Shown here piece by piece: positions 1-14,697 of a stretch of 64,000 bases of DNA (position 1 is the first letter of the stretch; every line of letters starts with the position of its first letter). This DNA comes from Macrostomum lignano. Its lineage: Eukaryota. Under the pieces are notes generated by a model. The model was given only the letters and a program-made list of their open reading frames with translations. It did not search any database and had not been told where the DNA came from. The DNA is taken from NCBI GenBank assembly GCA_002269645.1, contig NIVC01001448.1:62001-126000 (forward strand), written 5' to 3'. Both the position numbers and the translations under genes were made by a program.

Positions 1-328
1 CACTTCACTGGCTTTGTTGAGCCTGCTAGGAGGCTTTGTTAAAAGTATTATTCAGCCACTCCCAAGTCACCCCCCACAATTTCCAACCCACAGTCTGTCT
101 TGCACAGTCCGCATCCTCCTCCTCCTCCAATAACGATGAGATGTTAGAGTGATGACTAGACTTGTGCTGTATGATAGAATGAAATCAATCAGCTAGGATA
201 TAGCTAGCTGGCAATACAACAATAGCATCTTTATTAACAGTATTAACAGTAATAATTATAAACCATTCAATTCACCCGGCACCCATTTATTCCATTGTGC
301 GTTGTTATAAAAAATTTCACACCTTTTA

Positions 329-1517
329 CGCCCCATATGGATATCTCCTATAGCATTGAGATTAAGAATCGCCCCATATGGAAATCTCCCACAGCATTGG
401 GATGGAGAATCGCCCCATATGGAACTCTCCCACAGCATTGAGATTGAGAATCGCCCCATATGGAAATCTCCCATAGCATTGAGATTAAGAATCGCCCCAT
501 ATGGAAATCTCCCACAGCATTGGGATGGAGAATCGCCCCATATGGAAATCTCCCACAGCATTGGGATTAAGAATCGCCCCATATGCAAATCTCCCACAAC
601 ATTGAGAATCACCCCATATGGCAATCTCCCACAGCATTGAGATTGAGAATCGCCCCATATGGAAATCTTGTATAGCATTAAGATTAAGAATCGCCCCATA
701 TGGATATCTCCTATAGCATTGAGATTGAGAATCGCCCCATATGGAAATCTCCCACAGCATTGAGATTGAGAATCGCCCCATATAGAAATCTCCCTCAGCA
801 TTGAGATTAAGAATCGCCCCATATGGAAATCTCCCACAGCATTGGGATTGAGAATCGCCCCATATGGAAATCTCCCACAGCATTGAGAATCACCCCATAT
901 GGCAATCTCCCACAGCATTGAGATTAAGAATCGCCCCATATAGAAATCTCACACAGCATTGAGATTAATAACCGCCCCATATGGAAATCTCCCACAGCAT
1001 TGAGATTAAGAATCGCCCCATATGGAAATCTCCCACAGCATTGAGATAAAGAATCGCCCCATATGGAAATCTCCCATAGCATTGAGATTAAGAATCGCCC
1101 ATTATGGAAATCTCCCACAGCATTGAGATTAAGAATCGCCCCATATGGAAGTCTCCCACAGCATTGAGATTGAGAATCGCCCCATATGGATATCTCCTAT
1201 AGCATTGAGATTAAGAATCGCCCCATATGGAAATCTCCCATAGCATTGAGATTAAGAATCGCCCATTATGGAAATCTCCCACAGCATTGAGATTAAGAAT
1301 CGCCCCATATGGAAATCTCCCACAGCATTGAGATTAAGAATCGCCCCATATGGAAATCTCCCACAGCATTGAGATTAAGAATCGCCCCATATGGAAATCT
1401 CCCACAGCATTGAGATTAAGAATCGCCCCATATGGAAATCTCCCACAGCATTGAGATTAAGAATCGCCCCATATGGAAGTCTCCCACAGCATTGAGATTG
1501 AGAATCGCCCCATATCG
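329..1517. repeat. 41-bp minisatellite, about 29 copies
   Basis: Unit gcattgagattaagaatcgccccatatggaaatctcccaca; period 41 checked at 1281/1322. Explains ORFs 256-1118. Confidence 0.95.
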
Positions 1518-2856
1518 AAGTCTCAAAGCAAACTAATTACTGAAGTCATCCGTATTTAGTTCACAGTTGACTGAAATTCTATCTCTAAGACTCATTGAAC
1601 GCGCAAGATTCCAACGAAGCGAGAGGACTTCCTGCCTTCCTCTTGGCAACTTGACAGCTAAAAAACTTTGCTGCAAATAATAAGAGAAACATAGGGTAGA
1701 ATAGTTGGGCGACTCTCTGTGTCTTGCATCTACGTCGGTCTATCCACCCAGCCGCCCCCATATAAGATAGGTGTTAATTACAGGAAGTGAATAATTTGCT
1801 GGCCCCCTATATCCTCGGGTGGGGGGGTTACTTCCCGCCACCCTTATACACATCTCCGTTTTGCCTGCCGGCGACCAGATGCCTGTCCAGTGTCCAGCAC
1901 CCCTAATAACACGGTTTGACCAGCCATTTTCCATTAATTGCAGCTAGCTTCTAGTCGAGGCTGAGGTAAATTCGGGCCCCCTTGGCATCCGGTGAATCTG
2001 CATTATTTTTTCTTTCGCTAATTATCTCATCAGATCTCACTTTTCAATCTGGTTTTCTTTAGTTTCCTTTTTTAACACGGAGTACATCGAGTGTCTGATT
2101 TTACATATATTAGTCAACTAATAGCAACCAAAGCCCTCAGGTCTTATGAAACTTCACAATAGCACATCTGGCATAGCGGAAACAGTTGCATGTATTGTAC
2201 TCGATAACCCTTAGGAAATCAAGTTTGGCCGTGTATGCAGAACAGTAGCTATATATATATATATATGGGAACTGTGCACAGTTAGTATTTGATATTAAAT
2301 GGATTGAACGTATTGCACACTGCCCTTGAAATATTAGCTGTGGTGTCTTTATTCGAGTGGCGGCTGTGTAACTTAGTGCACCCGTTTGCCCAGTTGGTTT
2401 TTCCTTTTTAAAGCTTATGGAATATTTCCTTTCTTAAATGCCTGCGTTTCCTTGTGCCCTTCTAATGCCCCCCTCTCCACCTAGCTTCCTTCGCACGCAC
2501 GCATTATATGTTTTCCTGTATTTCTAGCACGCTTGCACAATAACGATAAGGTAAGCTTTAATAGGGATTAAGCCATTCTCGTTTGACTATTCCCACGCAG
2601 CTATTGCAAAGGTAGCTATAATCTTCTTGCTTATCTTCTTCAACATCGATTATCAGCTTAAATGATGAAAATCTAAAAAAGAGGCTGTCAATCAGTGTTT
2701 TTCATTATTAAGCTACACCTCAATCTTTGTATCAAAATAGCCTAGGATGCAGTTGCGTGGGTGGTAGATTCTGTTTTTGTTATTTAGCTCACACCATTAA
2801 AACAAAGCGGCCCTGCTTTTTAACTGTATTGTTTTTCTCATTTTTTGCTACAATGA

Positions 2857-4166
<1,310 letters not shown>

Positions 4167-4456
4167 TCAACCTGAATTGAGCATCTGCCTTGTGCTTGAG
4201 AACTTTATGCTTTGTTTTCAAAAATGGATAGACGACTTTTCAGTTGGCTTTCACTCGCGTCAAAACTTGCCTTGTCAGTCAGTAGCAGCGCTGGAGGGCC
4301 TATAGAAAGCCAAGGTTAAATAGAAACCTGTTGCCATGATTATTTTCATTACTTGTATTCTGTTTACTTTTGTTTTAATTGTTTTATAATTGTCTTTCTT
4401 CGATTGGCTATTGGACGTAATTCTAAGGCTTTACTTAACTAGATTTAATGCTCATA

Positions 4457-4462
4457 AATAAA
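4457..4462 (+). promoter_or_regulatory. candidate polyadenylation signal of the STARD10-like gene
   Basis: AATAAA about 290 nt after the stop, in an AT-rich 3' region. Confidence 0.35.
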
Positions 4463-6332
4463 TATGAAATAATTTCTGCTTAAAACCACTGAATTGTGTT
4501 CTTTTCACGCAACAAAAGCGTTTTGATTTTTTATTATTTTTTTAATGTCATCCACTGAGTTGAATTTAAACTTCTCTATATTATCTAACATTGTGACAGT
4601 TATAGTCTCCCTGTTAAGAGGCCAATCGTTTTCTATTATCAATTATTTTCTGTCACTAGATCTGTTGTGTTTAAATGTATTTATTATGCTGATTGGACTG
4701 CTCTTACAATACTCCCGAATTTCAATTTAACTTCTGTTATCTATCCTGAGTTATGTGTGCTTCCAAAAAGAAAAAAATTATCGTTTTTATTAACTTAAAG
4801 TTAGAAATGTATTAAATTTATGTATCGTATTATTATTCTGAATAAGTTTTGTCTGCACAAATGAAGGTCAACAGCCAAGCAGTAGTATTCTATAAAACTT
4901 ATTCATTGTTATTATTTAATTTAACAACAGTAGATTCTAATTAATTACTAAAATAGAGCCTTAATTGATAAATATTTTTGTTTATTTATACTCAGCAGCA
5001 ACATTGAAAAGTCGCCATCACAGAAGAATCCGTCTGTGATGCAGGTAAAGTCTCTCAATCTTGCGACTGACGCAACTCAGCTACGCCACGCGGCAGACTT
5101 GAGTTGAGGAATGAAGTGAGGTGGAGCGGTGTGCGAGGGTTGGACGGATTAAAGCTACCCCGAATCAGTTTTCTCGTGTCTCTTATTGCAGAATAGTCCA
5201 AGAGACACTGCTCACTGGCGACTTTTCAATGTTGCTCAGTATACACCAGGATTCCGTCAAACCCCTCAGCCCTAGTCAACCATTAACAAATGCAAATCTT
5301 TGACATCTACTGTCAAATTAAACTCATAATTGATTTACTTTTCCTTACTAGTAGTATATAATACTTTTTTTAAATTTGCTGACAAACATTCTGTGATTTT
5401 CATATACTCACGGGTAATACGCGTTCCTTTCAATTTTTTCAATAATTATTCTTTCAGTTGTAATTCATTTCTAAGCAATCAAGCATTAATACAATTTATT
5501 TGTGTGAAAAGCCAGTCTTGCACTCATATGTTTCTATTGGCTTGTTTATTTATATCGATCTCTGTCTGTGTGTGTGCGCGCGAGCGTTTTAAAGCGCACA
5601 ATATGTTCTATTATTTTGGTGCAGGCATTCGATTGTTTTAATTGCTGCTAAATAATATTTAGACTATTAACAAAAGTTTTAAAGTTTGCACCTTGCACCA
5701 CTGTCCAAGTGTGGCTCTGTCTTAATCTTATCCTAATAAGATATATTAATATCTTAATCTTAATAAGGACTGTGAGTTCCGCAATTTGCTCTAGTTATAA
5801 AAGATCTAATCTCTCGCGCTGAGAATTCTTTCCGTTAATATCTAGCGCAAAAAAAGAAATATTATTGGTGCATAGCGTGTCTCTCTGATCTGAGTTAGTA
5901 GTGCTAATATTATTTTGGCCAAGCCGTTGGTGTCTGTATAACTAATATGTCAATCAGTATAAAATATTATTGCTATCGTTTCCGTTCAATCTGTTCTCAT
6001 TCTGACTCAATCTAATTATTATACATATGAATATTTTAAATTCATTTTTAGTTGCAGGAGAAAGGTTGTTGCGTACGCTGAGTATCTTCTCGCTTATGCA
6101 TAAACGGCAATTCTAGATTATCTATTACTTTTGTCTATTGGTTCATTCCTTATTTTTGGATGACGTCACAACAAATATATATATTTGTATGCATACATAC
6201 TGTTTACCTAGAACAGGGATTATTATGCTATTTTATTTGTTAGTTTGTGTCTCTCTTGACTTATTTATTAATATTTTGTATATAAATATCTAGAGCCGTT
6301 ATTATAGAATTGTGATGAATTTTAATCTATAG

Positions 6333-6479
6333 CAGGGTTCGGCAAACTCAGGCCCCACCGGGTCCTTTGAAACTTCCCGTTCCCAGTAGCAATCCCTCCT
6401 ACTCAAAATTTATGCCCATTTCAATTTCCTCTCCTCCCTTTCCTCTCCCATCGAGGTAAAAAAAGTTTCCCGACTCCAG
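6333..6479. mobile_element. degenerate hAT/Charlie-like MITE (147 bp)
   Basis: Left end CAGGGTTCGGCAAACT; right-end reverse complement CTGGAGTCGGGAAACT (12/16). Flanks atctatag/ttctaaag (6/8) resemble the NTCTAGAN-type 8-bp TSD. Confidence 0.5.
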
Positions 6480-8080
6480 TTCTAAAGTTTGTAAGAGTCT
6501 GAACGTGTTCTGCTAGCGTGTGTTATCAATCGAATGAGTCATTCATCAATCTGTCCCCTGTGCGTGTCATTGTGCTTATATATACGTGTCTCGCATATGT
6601 CTTGCGATTTCAAAAATTATTCTCTTAGAAACATCAATTCAAGAATTAGGTGTTGTAGTATAAAGTTAATATGTGCTCGTTTTTAAGCTCGTGATTCTAT
6701 CAAGTTTCCTGGGTTAATTCCTCTAGTTTTGAAATATTAATCCTGTTTGCTTTGGCTCCCTCTCGCTCTCCACTCCACTCTCTTCCCTTAGCGCTCTTGA
6801 TTGTGACTGCCCCCTTTCCAACTCCCGTCACTCATTCCTTCATACTCGTAGTTCATGTCCAGCCTTTTTACACCTAAAGGACTTGATGCCCACGTGATTG
6901 TTGGGGTGAGTCACGCCTCTAGGCTTCTGCTTCGTACCCACGTCTTTTTCTTTCCCCACTTTAATTTTTAGCCCGTGTTGCTCTCTCTATGAAACAAATC
7001 GTAAAAATTCTAAAACATCAAAGCCCAATTTTTCTCCTCTTTGCATCTGGCTTTTAAACTTGTTTCCAGGTTCCATAGTTGTATTCCTAGGACGAATGGT
7101 TTTATCACCATTCTCCATTGTAGTAAGTGATCAGGCACAAAACAGGATCTGGTGGAAATTATTGCCTTTGGCCCACTGTCTTCACCCCAAGTCCCCCAAA
7201 CATTTTCATTGGTCTCCCAAGTGTGAATCTCTCCAAAAAACTCAGACCATGCCCTAATGCAGCCCACCAAGTTCCAGTTCCATAGTTTGCCCTCTCTTTC
7301 CCAATTTTCCATGTCGTTGCGCCCACACTCCACACCACTCTTCACAGTTGGAGTTTTGTATAGGCCGTATAGAAGTGGATAGGGGGTCCTTGGGGTTGAG
7401 CCTGCCTCCCACACGCAGCCCCTGCTTCACTGTACAGTTTCTATTCCAACGTAATGCGCCCCACCCCCTCCTCGTGGTTCAGCGGGGATTTGCTGTCGCG
7501 GCCTTCACTCCAATCCAGCCCTCCTTCCCTATCTGTCTTTCATCCGCCCCTCTGTGCATGTGTTTGGCTCCACTGTGAATTCCTTTAATACAGAGGCGGA
7601 GGTGAGGTGGATCTCGGAGAGAGTGTACTCTTTGCCATTTAATCATGGCTACATTGGGACTGGGCACGTAGGAAAGAAATAAGAGAGGTCCTGTTTTTGG
7701 TAGTTTAAAACGTAAGAGGCAAAAAGGGTTTCTGCAACTCGCATACCCGCATTACCCGGTCTATTTTTGTTCGCCTGCATACAATCGCTGTTCGTTCATC
7801 ATCTTTGCGTCACCGGTTTTGTGCATCTGCGCATTTTTGTGTACTGCATTCTTCGCCTCGGACTTGGCCTTCCTTCGTGCGCTTAAAATAGCAACTGCCC
7901 TTAGTTGCCGTTTCCCATAAATCCGACTACGGAAACAGGCTAGTCGGAATATCCACCTGAGCGATCGCCTGAACCCAACTAGTTGCCAGCCGGCAACATC
8001 GCTGTTTTTAACGTCTGTCTGCTTGATTTATTCTACTGTTGACAAATCAAGCCGAACAGTATCCACAGTCAGGGTTCATC

Positions 8081-11000
8081 ATGAGCTCGCATTCTACTCG
8101 CAAGTTTGTCCAACTTTGCCTAGTCGCGTTTCTATTTCTACTGCCGGACTTTGAGCGGAAAATGCCTGTAGACGCTGTGATCCAGATCAACCTACAGCTT
8201 GCGTTGGTACGCGACGTTCGGAATTCACTATGAGCAACTCAGTAAAGCTAGTTGAAGTTCTGCACAACTCACTAGCTGATTGTCAGTTTATTATCGGCGA
8301 TGTTCACATTATTAAAATCAACGAGCAGGAATTTATTGACCAAGGTAAACCGTTCAACTTGTCTTTTCTAGACTCCATTCGTGAAGTGACGGGTTGCATA
8401 CAGATAATTGACAGCTGCTTCAATACGCCGATATCATTTAAAAGCCTAGAAGTCATTCGTGGAAAATGCGATGGTGAAGCAATCACCATGCACTTTATGA
8501 GCACTTGCAAAATGCAAATACCGCCTGTTGATTTTCGAAATTTGCGCTACATTGGAAAAGGTGGAGTTCTTGTTGGCGGATTAAAGAATTGTTACTTAGA
8601 AAAGCGGATTAACTACGACGAACTATTCTCCGATGCAGCCAATCAAAAATTTGAGTCCAAACTTGATTGCTTAGAAGAGAAAGAATCAGCTTGTCATGAA
8701 AGTTGTCCTGTATGGCCCAATTCAAAAAAGTACTGCTGGGGGCCCGGGTCTGATCAATGCCAGGCAAGATCCAAGTGTCGCAGTATACAAGATTGCGTAT
8801 CCAACAGGTGCTACATTAGCAACGGTGTTGAGAATTGCTGCTCTGAAAACTGTCTAGGTGGTTGCTATGGTACGTCATCGCGACAATGTTTTGGGTGTAC
8901 GCGATTTAACAAAAATGGATCCTGCGTTGGTGCTTGCAGCACTTCTAAAGTGTACGACACCGTAAGTGCGCGTTTCGTCGAACCTAGAGAGAAGGTTTTC
9001 CCATTGGGTCCTATTTGTGTCTCGCAATGTCCAAGATCGTTTTTTGTCGAAGAAGATTCCTGCGTTAGCAAATGCACTACTGGTTACTCAGCCAGCAGCA
9101 ATAGAACCTGCATCAAAATGCAGGCTATTAGACAATGTGAGGCTGTTACGTCAAGCATTCTATGTGGGAATTCCAACCCACTATTAACTCCGCTTTTCAA
9201 TTCTTCTGTTATGCCGTGTACTGAGTTTACCGGAGATATTAGCATACTTGACAGTTGCCTTAAGGGCATTCCTTTTCCAGGCCAGAAAATTTTAAGTCTA
9301 CAAGATATGGAATATATATTTAGCAGGCTTACCGTTGTTCGAGGGAGCATCTACGTCACTATAAAGGAACCTCTACTATTGACAAATCTTTCGTTTATGT
9401 CCAAATTAAAAAGACTGGATAGCGCTCCTAAAATTCGCGACTCTGGCAATCTTCTTGTAATATCGCCACACATTCAATATTTGGGACTGTCATCATTGCA
9501 GAGTGTTGCTGGCTCAATCCACATCCTATCTTCAGCCGTAAGAAATCAAAAAGAATTAAAAAGCACCAGTGTTCAGTTTTGCCCCAATCTTTTTCCTAAA
9601 CAAAATGCTACAACGGATGGTATCATATTTTCCTCTGGCAGCCTATCAAGTAAAGTTACAGATAATTTTATAAACAAGATACGTAACGGATTCTTCAGGC
9701 AAACGTGCCCCATTGATCTCAACAGATGTCACGTAGAATGCGACCCAAGGTACGGCTGTTGGGGGCCTTTGTCCAGCGACTGTGTAAAGTGCTCCCATGT
9801 CAAAGCGGGAACGCAATGTTTATCAAACTGCAGTGCTGCAAGTGGTTGGTGGTTTGATAAATTTCTTATTACATCAGTAAGTCCTACAACGTCAATTGTA
9901 CAGCAACAATGCAGTCGATGTTCTCTGCTGTGCTCCAGGTGCTACGGCCCAAATGAAAACAATTGTACAGACTGTGTTAGCTCTGCATTCCGCGATGGTA
10001 CGAAGTGTGTAAAGTCATGTTCTTTTTCGTCACAATACGCTGATTCAAGTCGAATATGTCAAAATTGCTCAAAACTATGTCTCAATCCAAGAAAGAATGT
10101 TCCAACGTGCTCCGGAAACGGATCGTTTGTTGGTCGTGGAGGATGCCAGTTTTGTGCTAGAGTTCTCCCTGAACTTGACTTAACAGGAAAGAGAATCTTA
10201 AAATGTTTAGATGTCAGACAAACATGTCCTGATGGTTTTTACGTAACCGTTCTTGATCAAAGTCATCTTTCGGAATTTCCGGATTTATCTGAAGTTCTTA
10301 GTTCGACAACTCTGTCCGTTTCCATCTGTTTGCCATGCGCCGATCAGTGTAAAAAATGTCAGGGCGCTGCGCACATTTGTACAGAGTGTTGGCGCTTCAA
10401 CATTGAGTCAAATGAAAAGACACCATCACACGCTGGATTAAAGTGCAGTTCGAACTGCCCTAACGGTTATTTTGCGGTAGCAGAAGAAAAAGTATGTAAA
10501 CCGTGTGCAAAACATTGCTCTGAATGCTCTGGACCTAGTAGCTCGGACTGTTCAAAATGTGACAAACATGCTTTCACATACTTTCCATTAGGGTTCAATA
10601 AAAGCAACGAATTTGTCTGTCTAAGAAGCTGTCCAGACTCACAGCCACATGCGTTTCTAGCCACTGATCTCGGAATGACCTGCTCTAGCAACCCACTCAC
10701 TGCTATATCTGACCGAGAAAATGCCAGAAACGAGAAACAAGCAACAGTTATATCTGGGGTTCTAATCTGTGCGACGCTATTACTTATTCTGGTCATCCTA
10801 ATATTGTTTTATTGGTGCAGGCAGCGTAGCCAACATTCAAAGAAAAAGCCGCGAATTATTGGCGTTTGGGATGAAGACATGGAACCATTGAATGTCACAG
10901 ACGCAGCACCAAACGTTGCTGTTTTACGCACTATTTCAGAAAAAGAAATATCCCGAGGTCAAGAAGTAGGATCCGGTGCTTTCGGAACTGTTTTCAGAGG

Positions 11001-12618
11001 AGAATGGTTTCCCGATGGAGATAATCAGCGAGTTTCTGTTGCTATTAAAATTCTATCTGATTCCATTGGAGACAACAATGTATCCAGTGAACTGCTGGAA
11101 GAAAGTCGAATAATGGCTTCAGTCGAGCATCCTCATTGTGTTAGGCTTGTTGGCATATGCATGACACAGCCGCTTCAGCTTATAACACAGTTCATGCCAC
11201 TCGGAAACTTAAGAGACTTTTTACGAGCACGAAAAGACACGGACCAGATTGGAAGCAGCCATTTGCTTCGATATTCTTCTCAAATCGCTAGCGGAATGAG
11301 CTATCTCGAGCAACGCAATATTATTCATCGCGATCTAGCTTGTCGAAATGTACTTGTCGCATCGAATAAGTGCGTCAAAATCACAGATTTTGGATTAGCC
11401 AAGTTGCTTGATAACCCAAACGAAGAGTACAGGGCATCCGGAGGCAAACTGCCTGTAAAATGGCTTGCACTTGAGTGCTTAGTTAGCCGGAAGTTCTCTC
11501 ATAAGTCTGATGTTTGGGCTTATGGCGTAACATTGTGGGAGATCTTCATGTTTGGTGATACGCCTTACGTTAACGTTAAGCCAACTGATCTTGCTGACTA
11601 CTTAGAAAAAGGAGAGCGTCTTCCTCAACCGCCTATATGTACTCTTGATGTATACATTTTGATGATCAAATGCTGGATGCTCAACGAGTCGCAAAGACCA
11701 ACATTTGATGATCTTGAGTCTAGCTTTAAGAAGATGTATCACGATCCTGGCCGCTACGTTTATATCAGAGGCGACAAGTACGCTCGCAATCCATCAAATG
11801 AGAGCGGATCAACTGAGCACAGATCGGAGAGTTCTAAATCGCCGTCAATCAATCATCTTCACTCAACAGAGCTCAATCCAACTGGTGAAGTTGAAGATTG
11901 CAATTACTCTGCTTTAGATACAGCTGACATGGACAATGACGTGTTTCGGGGCGAACCAAGTCTTCCGCAGACATCAATGCCTTCAACTTCCCAGCCGCAT
12001 CCGACTATCGGCAGTGACAGTGGTTACGCCACAGCTCCACCCGTTTCAACAGCCGCCGCTGCTGCCGGGGCTAGTGGCATCGCTTCTAGGCAGCCTCGAG
12101 CTCAACCGAAAGACCCTCAGTTCTACGTAAATGTCGCAAAGTCTCGACTATCTTCGCACTCTGACAACAAGTATACATCGGATCCATGCAAAGCCTCTGC
12201 AGAGGGACAGCCGCTCTCTCAGCTGAATGACCAGCCATCTGCTGCTACATCTGATGACGACTACTTGAGACCGATTCGAGCGAATTTCAGCAGCAGTCAG
12301 GACGAAGCGCTCAGATCACCGGAGACGCAGTCGAATACAGTGCCGCACAACACATCGACTGTGCAAAATCCAGAGTACTTTTTTAACGCCAGCCGTCGTC
12401 AGTATCACAACATTGCGACAGAATTACCCCCGGCGAATCAGGGCGAAGAAGCTGATGATGCGTTTCCACAGCTTCCGCCGCCGCCACCGCCTCCGCTGCC
12501 GTCACCTCCAGCACCACAGCCGCCGCCGCCTCTGGTGCATCCTCTGCAGTTGCAGGCGTCCCAAAGCACCTCGGTGGGAAGTCACTCTGAGGAAGATCCA
12601 AATTTGAGCTATGTTTAA
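8081..12618 (+). CDS. EGFR: EGFR/ErbB-family receptor tyrosine kinase, intronless; main ORF 8230-12618, true start probably 8081 with a 1-nt frameshift near 8153
   Basis: L domain (CVGT..DCQFIIGDVHI..LSFLDSIREVTG..SLEVIRG), Cys-rich furin-like repeats (CWGPGSDQCQ, GCWGPLSSDC), second L domain, extended CR region, TM helix (VISGVLICATLLLILVILILFYWC), kinase motifs GSGAFGTVF, VAIK, HRDLACRN, DFG, KLPVKWLALE, SDVWAYGVT, Tyr-rich tail (QNPEYF). Confidence 0.96.
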
Positions 12619-13844
12619 CCGCTTGCTGCTAAAATTCATCCAAACTGGCTTCTGTCAAACAGACTCGCATGATGGTTTGTCAGCATTAATTGCAGTGTAG
12701 CAAAGATTCTGCATAGACTTTGCTGTTTAAATGAAGTCCAACTGAAGCTGTGAATCCATGGCAGAATTACCGATCTACTCAGAAAATACTGCAGAATCTT
12801 TGCTGCACTGCATCTTGCTGTGTTTCCGGTAAAATGCTTTGCTGTAGAATTCGATAACTCTATGGGCTCTGATTGCACAAATGTGCGGTGCTCGTTACAT
12901 TTCTGTTGTCCTGAGCTCACTCAAATATTGCGTATTTTTGTAGCGTTCCAGCTTTTGCCAAGTGCTGGCAACAAAAAAACGGCAAAGCATGGGGATAATG
13001 GAGGTGATCATTTTTTGATGCTCAATTTTTGTTTCATTGCATCATTCTTAAAATATTATTTATTGGTGTATTTTGCCTGTGAATGCGAGGCCCTAAGCGC
13101 CCAGTTCCATCTTGTCATTTTGTCACGCCATCAACTTGAGCTGCCAGTGAAATTCTCAATAAGCGCTACCAGCCAATGCACTTTATCCCCAGCAGCTGTA
13201 CACAGCACGGTCTCCTGCTCACTCAGTCCCAGTTTAAATTTATCTGCTTATCCCGATTGAATTTGGCGCACAGAAAGTCAAATCAAGCAGCCAGTCATTT
13301 CCTGTTGCTGTGGGCTCAGTTTCAGCTGAGGCCGCTCTCCATCATTTTTGCTCATCTCTGCTCTGCCCTTTTGATCTCCCACAGTTTTGCTCAGAATGTG
13401 CTCTGGTCCTGCAAGCTGCAGAATTTTCATGCTCTTGCTTGGCTGGGAACAAGCGTATATTGAAGCGGCTTTTACTGCACCGCTCTGGATTGCTAATCTG
13501 ATTTGTGTAAATACTTTTGTATCATTTGCATCGGTGTGTCTGATGTGCAATGTTTACTTTATTGTCCCCGACAGAGGTGCACAGAGGTATCTGCAGTGGT
13601 CACACACCAATTTTATCAGCTTTCTCAAGAGCTTTACGATAATATATTTTTTCATTTGTTTTACTGTGGCTCTCGTGTTTGCCCCACAATGCGTGCTTGC
13701 GTCACCTTGCAGCTGAGCTCTGCAGCCGCTCCATGTAGCTTTTGGTTCCGCAAATATAAGCCCGATATTTACTCAGATCTGACGCGATTCGTCTGTTGAC
13801 TGTCTCCGTGTTGGTTTCGCTTTCAATACTGAGGTCTTCAGCTC

Positions 13845-14120
13845 CATCACCCAGCTGCCCAGATCCTCAGCTTCATCATCCAGCTGCCCAGATCCTCAGC
13901 TCCATCACCCAGCTGCCCAGCTCCTCAGCTCCATCAACCAGCTGCCCAGATCCTCAGCATCACCCAGCTGCCCAGATCCTCAGCTGCATCACCCACCTGC
14001 CCAGCTCCTCAGCTCCATCACCCAGCTGCCCAGCTCCTCAGCTCCATCACCCAGCTTCCCAGCTCCTCAGCTCCATCATCCATCTGCCCAGATCCTCAGC
14101 TCCATCATCCATCTGCCCAG
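13845..14120. repeat. about 29-bp cagct-rich minisatellite (shorter copy at 31440-31615)
   Basis: Units like cagctcctcagctccatcacccagctgcc. Confidence 0.85.
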
Positions 14121-14414
14121 ATCCTCTATGGTTGCTATATCTAATCCACAAAAAATTAATCAACGAAGTTACAAAATTCCTTACTATCTACTTCCTACTT
14201 AATCAGTAGTGTACCTGAACTATGAGCAGAGAAAATGTGCTACAATTGGCGCGATTCTCGTAAAAAAGCAGAGTTCCCCATGGCTATTATGATGTTAAAT
14301 CTTTGAGCATACGCTCGTACATACTACCAACTGATCTATACTTAGTAGTATAAGGCGTTTTGATAGGATGCCTAAGGCTGCTTGTTAGTAGTGTCAGAGG
14401 CCAGTTATAGTATC

Positions 14415-14592
14415 AGGGTGCCTGAGCTGGATCAGGATGTCAGAAGCTGGGTCAGGATGTCAGAAGCTGTGTCAGGATTTCACAAGCTGGGTCAGGATGT
14501 CAGAAGCTGGGTCAGGATGCCAGAAGCTATGTCAGGATTTCAGAAGCTGGGTCAGGATGTCAGAAGCTGGGTCAGGATATCAGAAGCTGGGC
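14415..14592. repeat. 20-bp minisatellite just 5' of hnRNP gene 1
   Basis: Unit tcagaagctgggtcaggatg; expanded in the second copy (31915-32245). Confidence 0.9.
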
Positions 14593-14697
14593 GTCAGGCT
14601 GTCAGCTGTTCAGCTCGCCCCAAACGGCACTGTCGCGGCCACTCACTACTTGCAGTAGCGGGTGTCAGCCGGCAGGAAGCGGTACAGAAAGTACACA

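Noticed and set aside
256-1517. ORFs in the 41-bp array; CRISPR-like appearance
   Set aside because: Head-to-tail units with no unique spacers, no cas genes, eukaryotic context.
2528-2550. 23-nt candidate micro-exon (tttctag|..AAG|gtaagc) upstream of the STARD10-like exon
   Set aside because: Good splice signals, but the peptide (RLHNNDK) does not match the expected START sequence; needs RNA evidence.
7010-7480. Possible degenerate Ty3/Gypsy RNase H on the minus strand (..NY..ELEL..; RFTLGRPMKMF)
   Set aside because: Needs several frameshifts and lacks the CDAS and TDH motifs; too weak to call without a search.
12636-13799. Cluster of short overlapping ORFs downstream of EGFR
   Set aside because: No motifs or family similarity recognised; treated as 3'UTR/intergenic.
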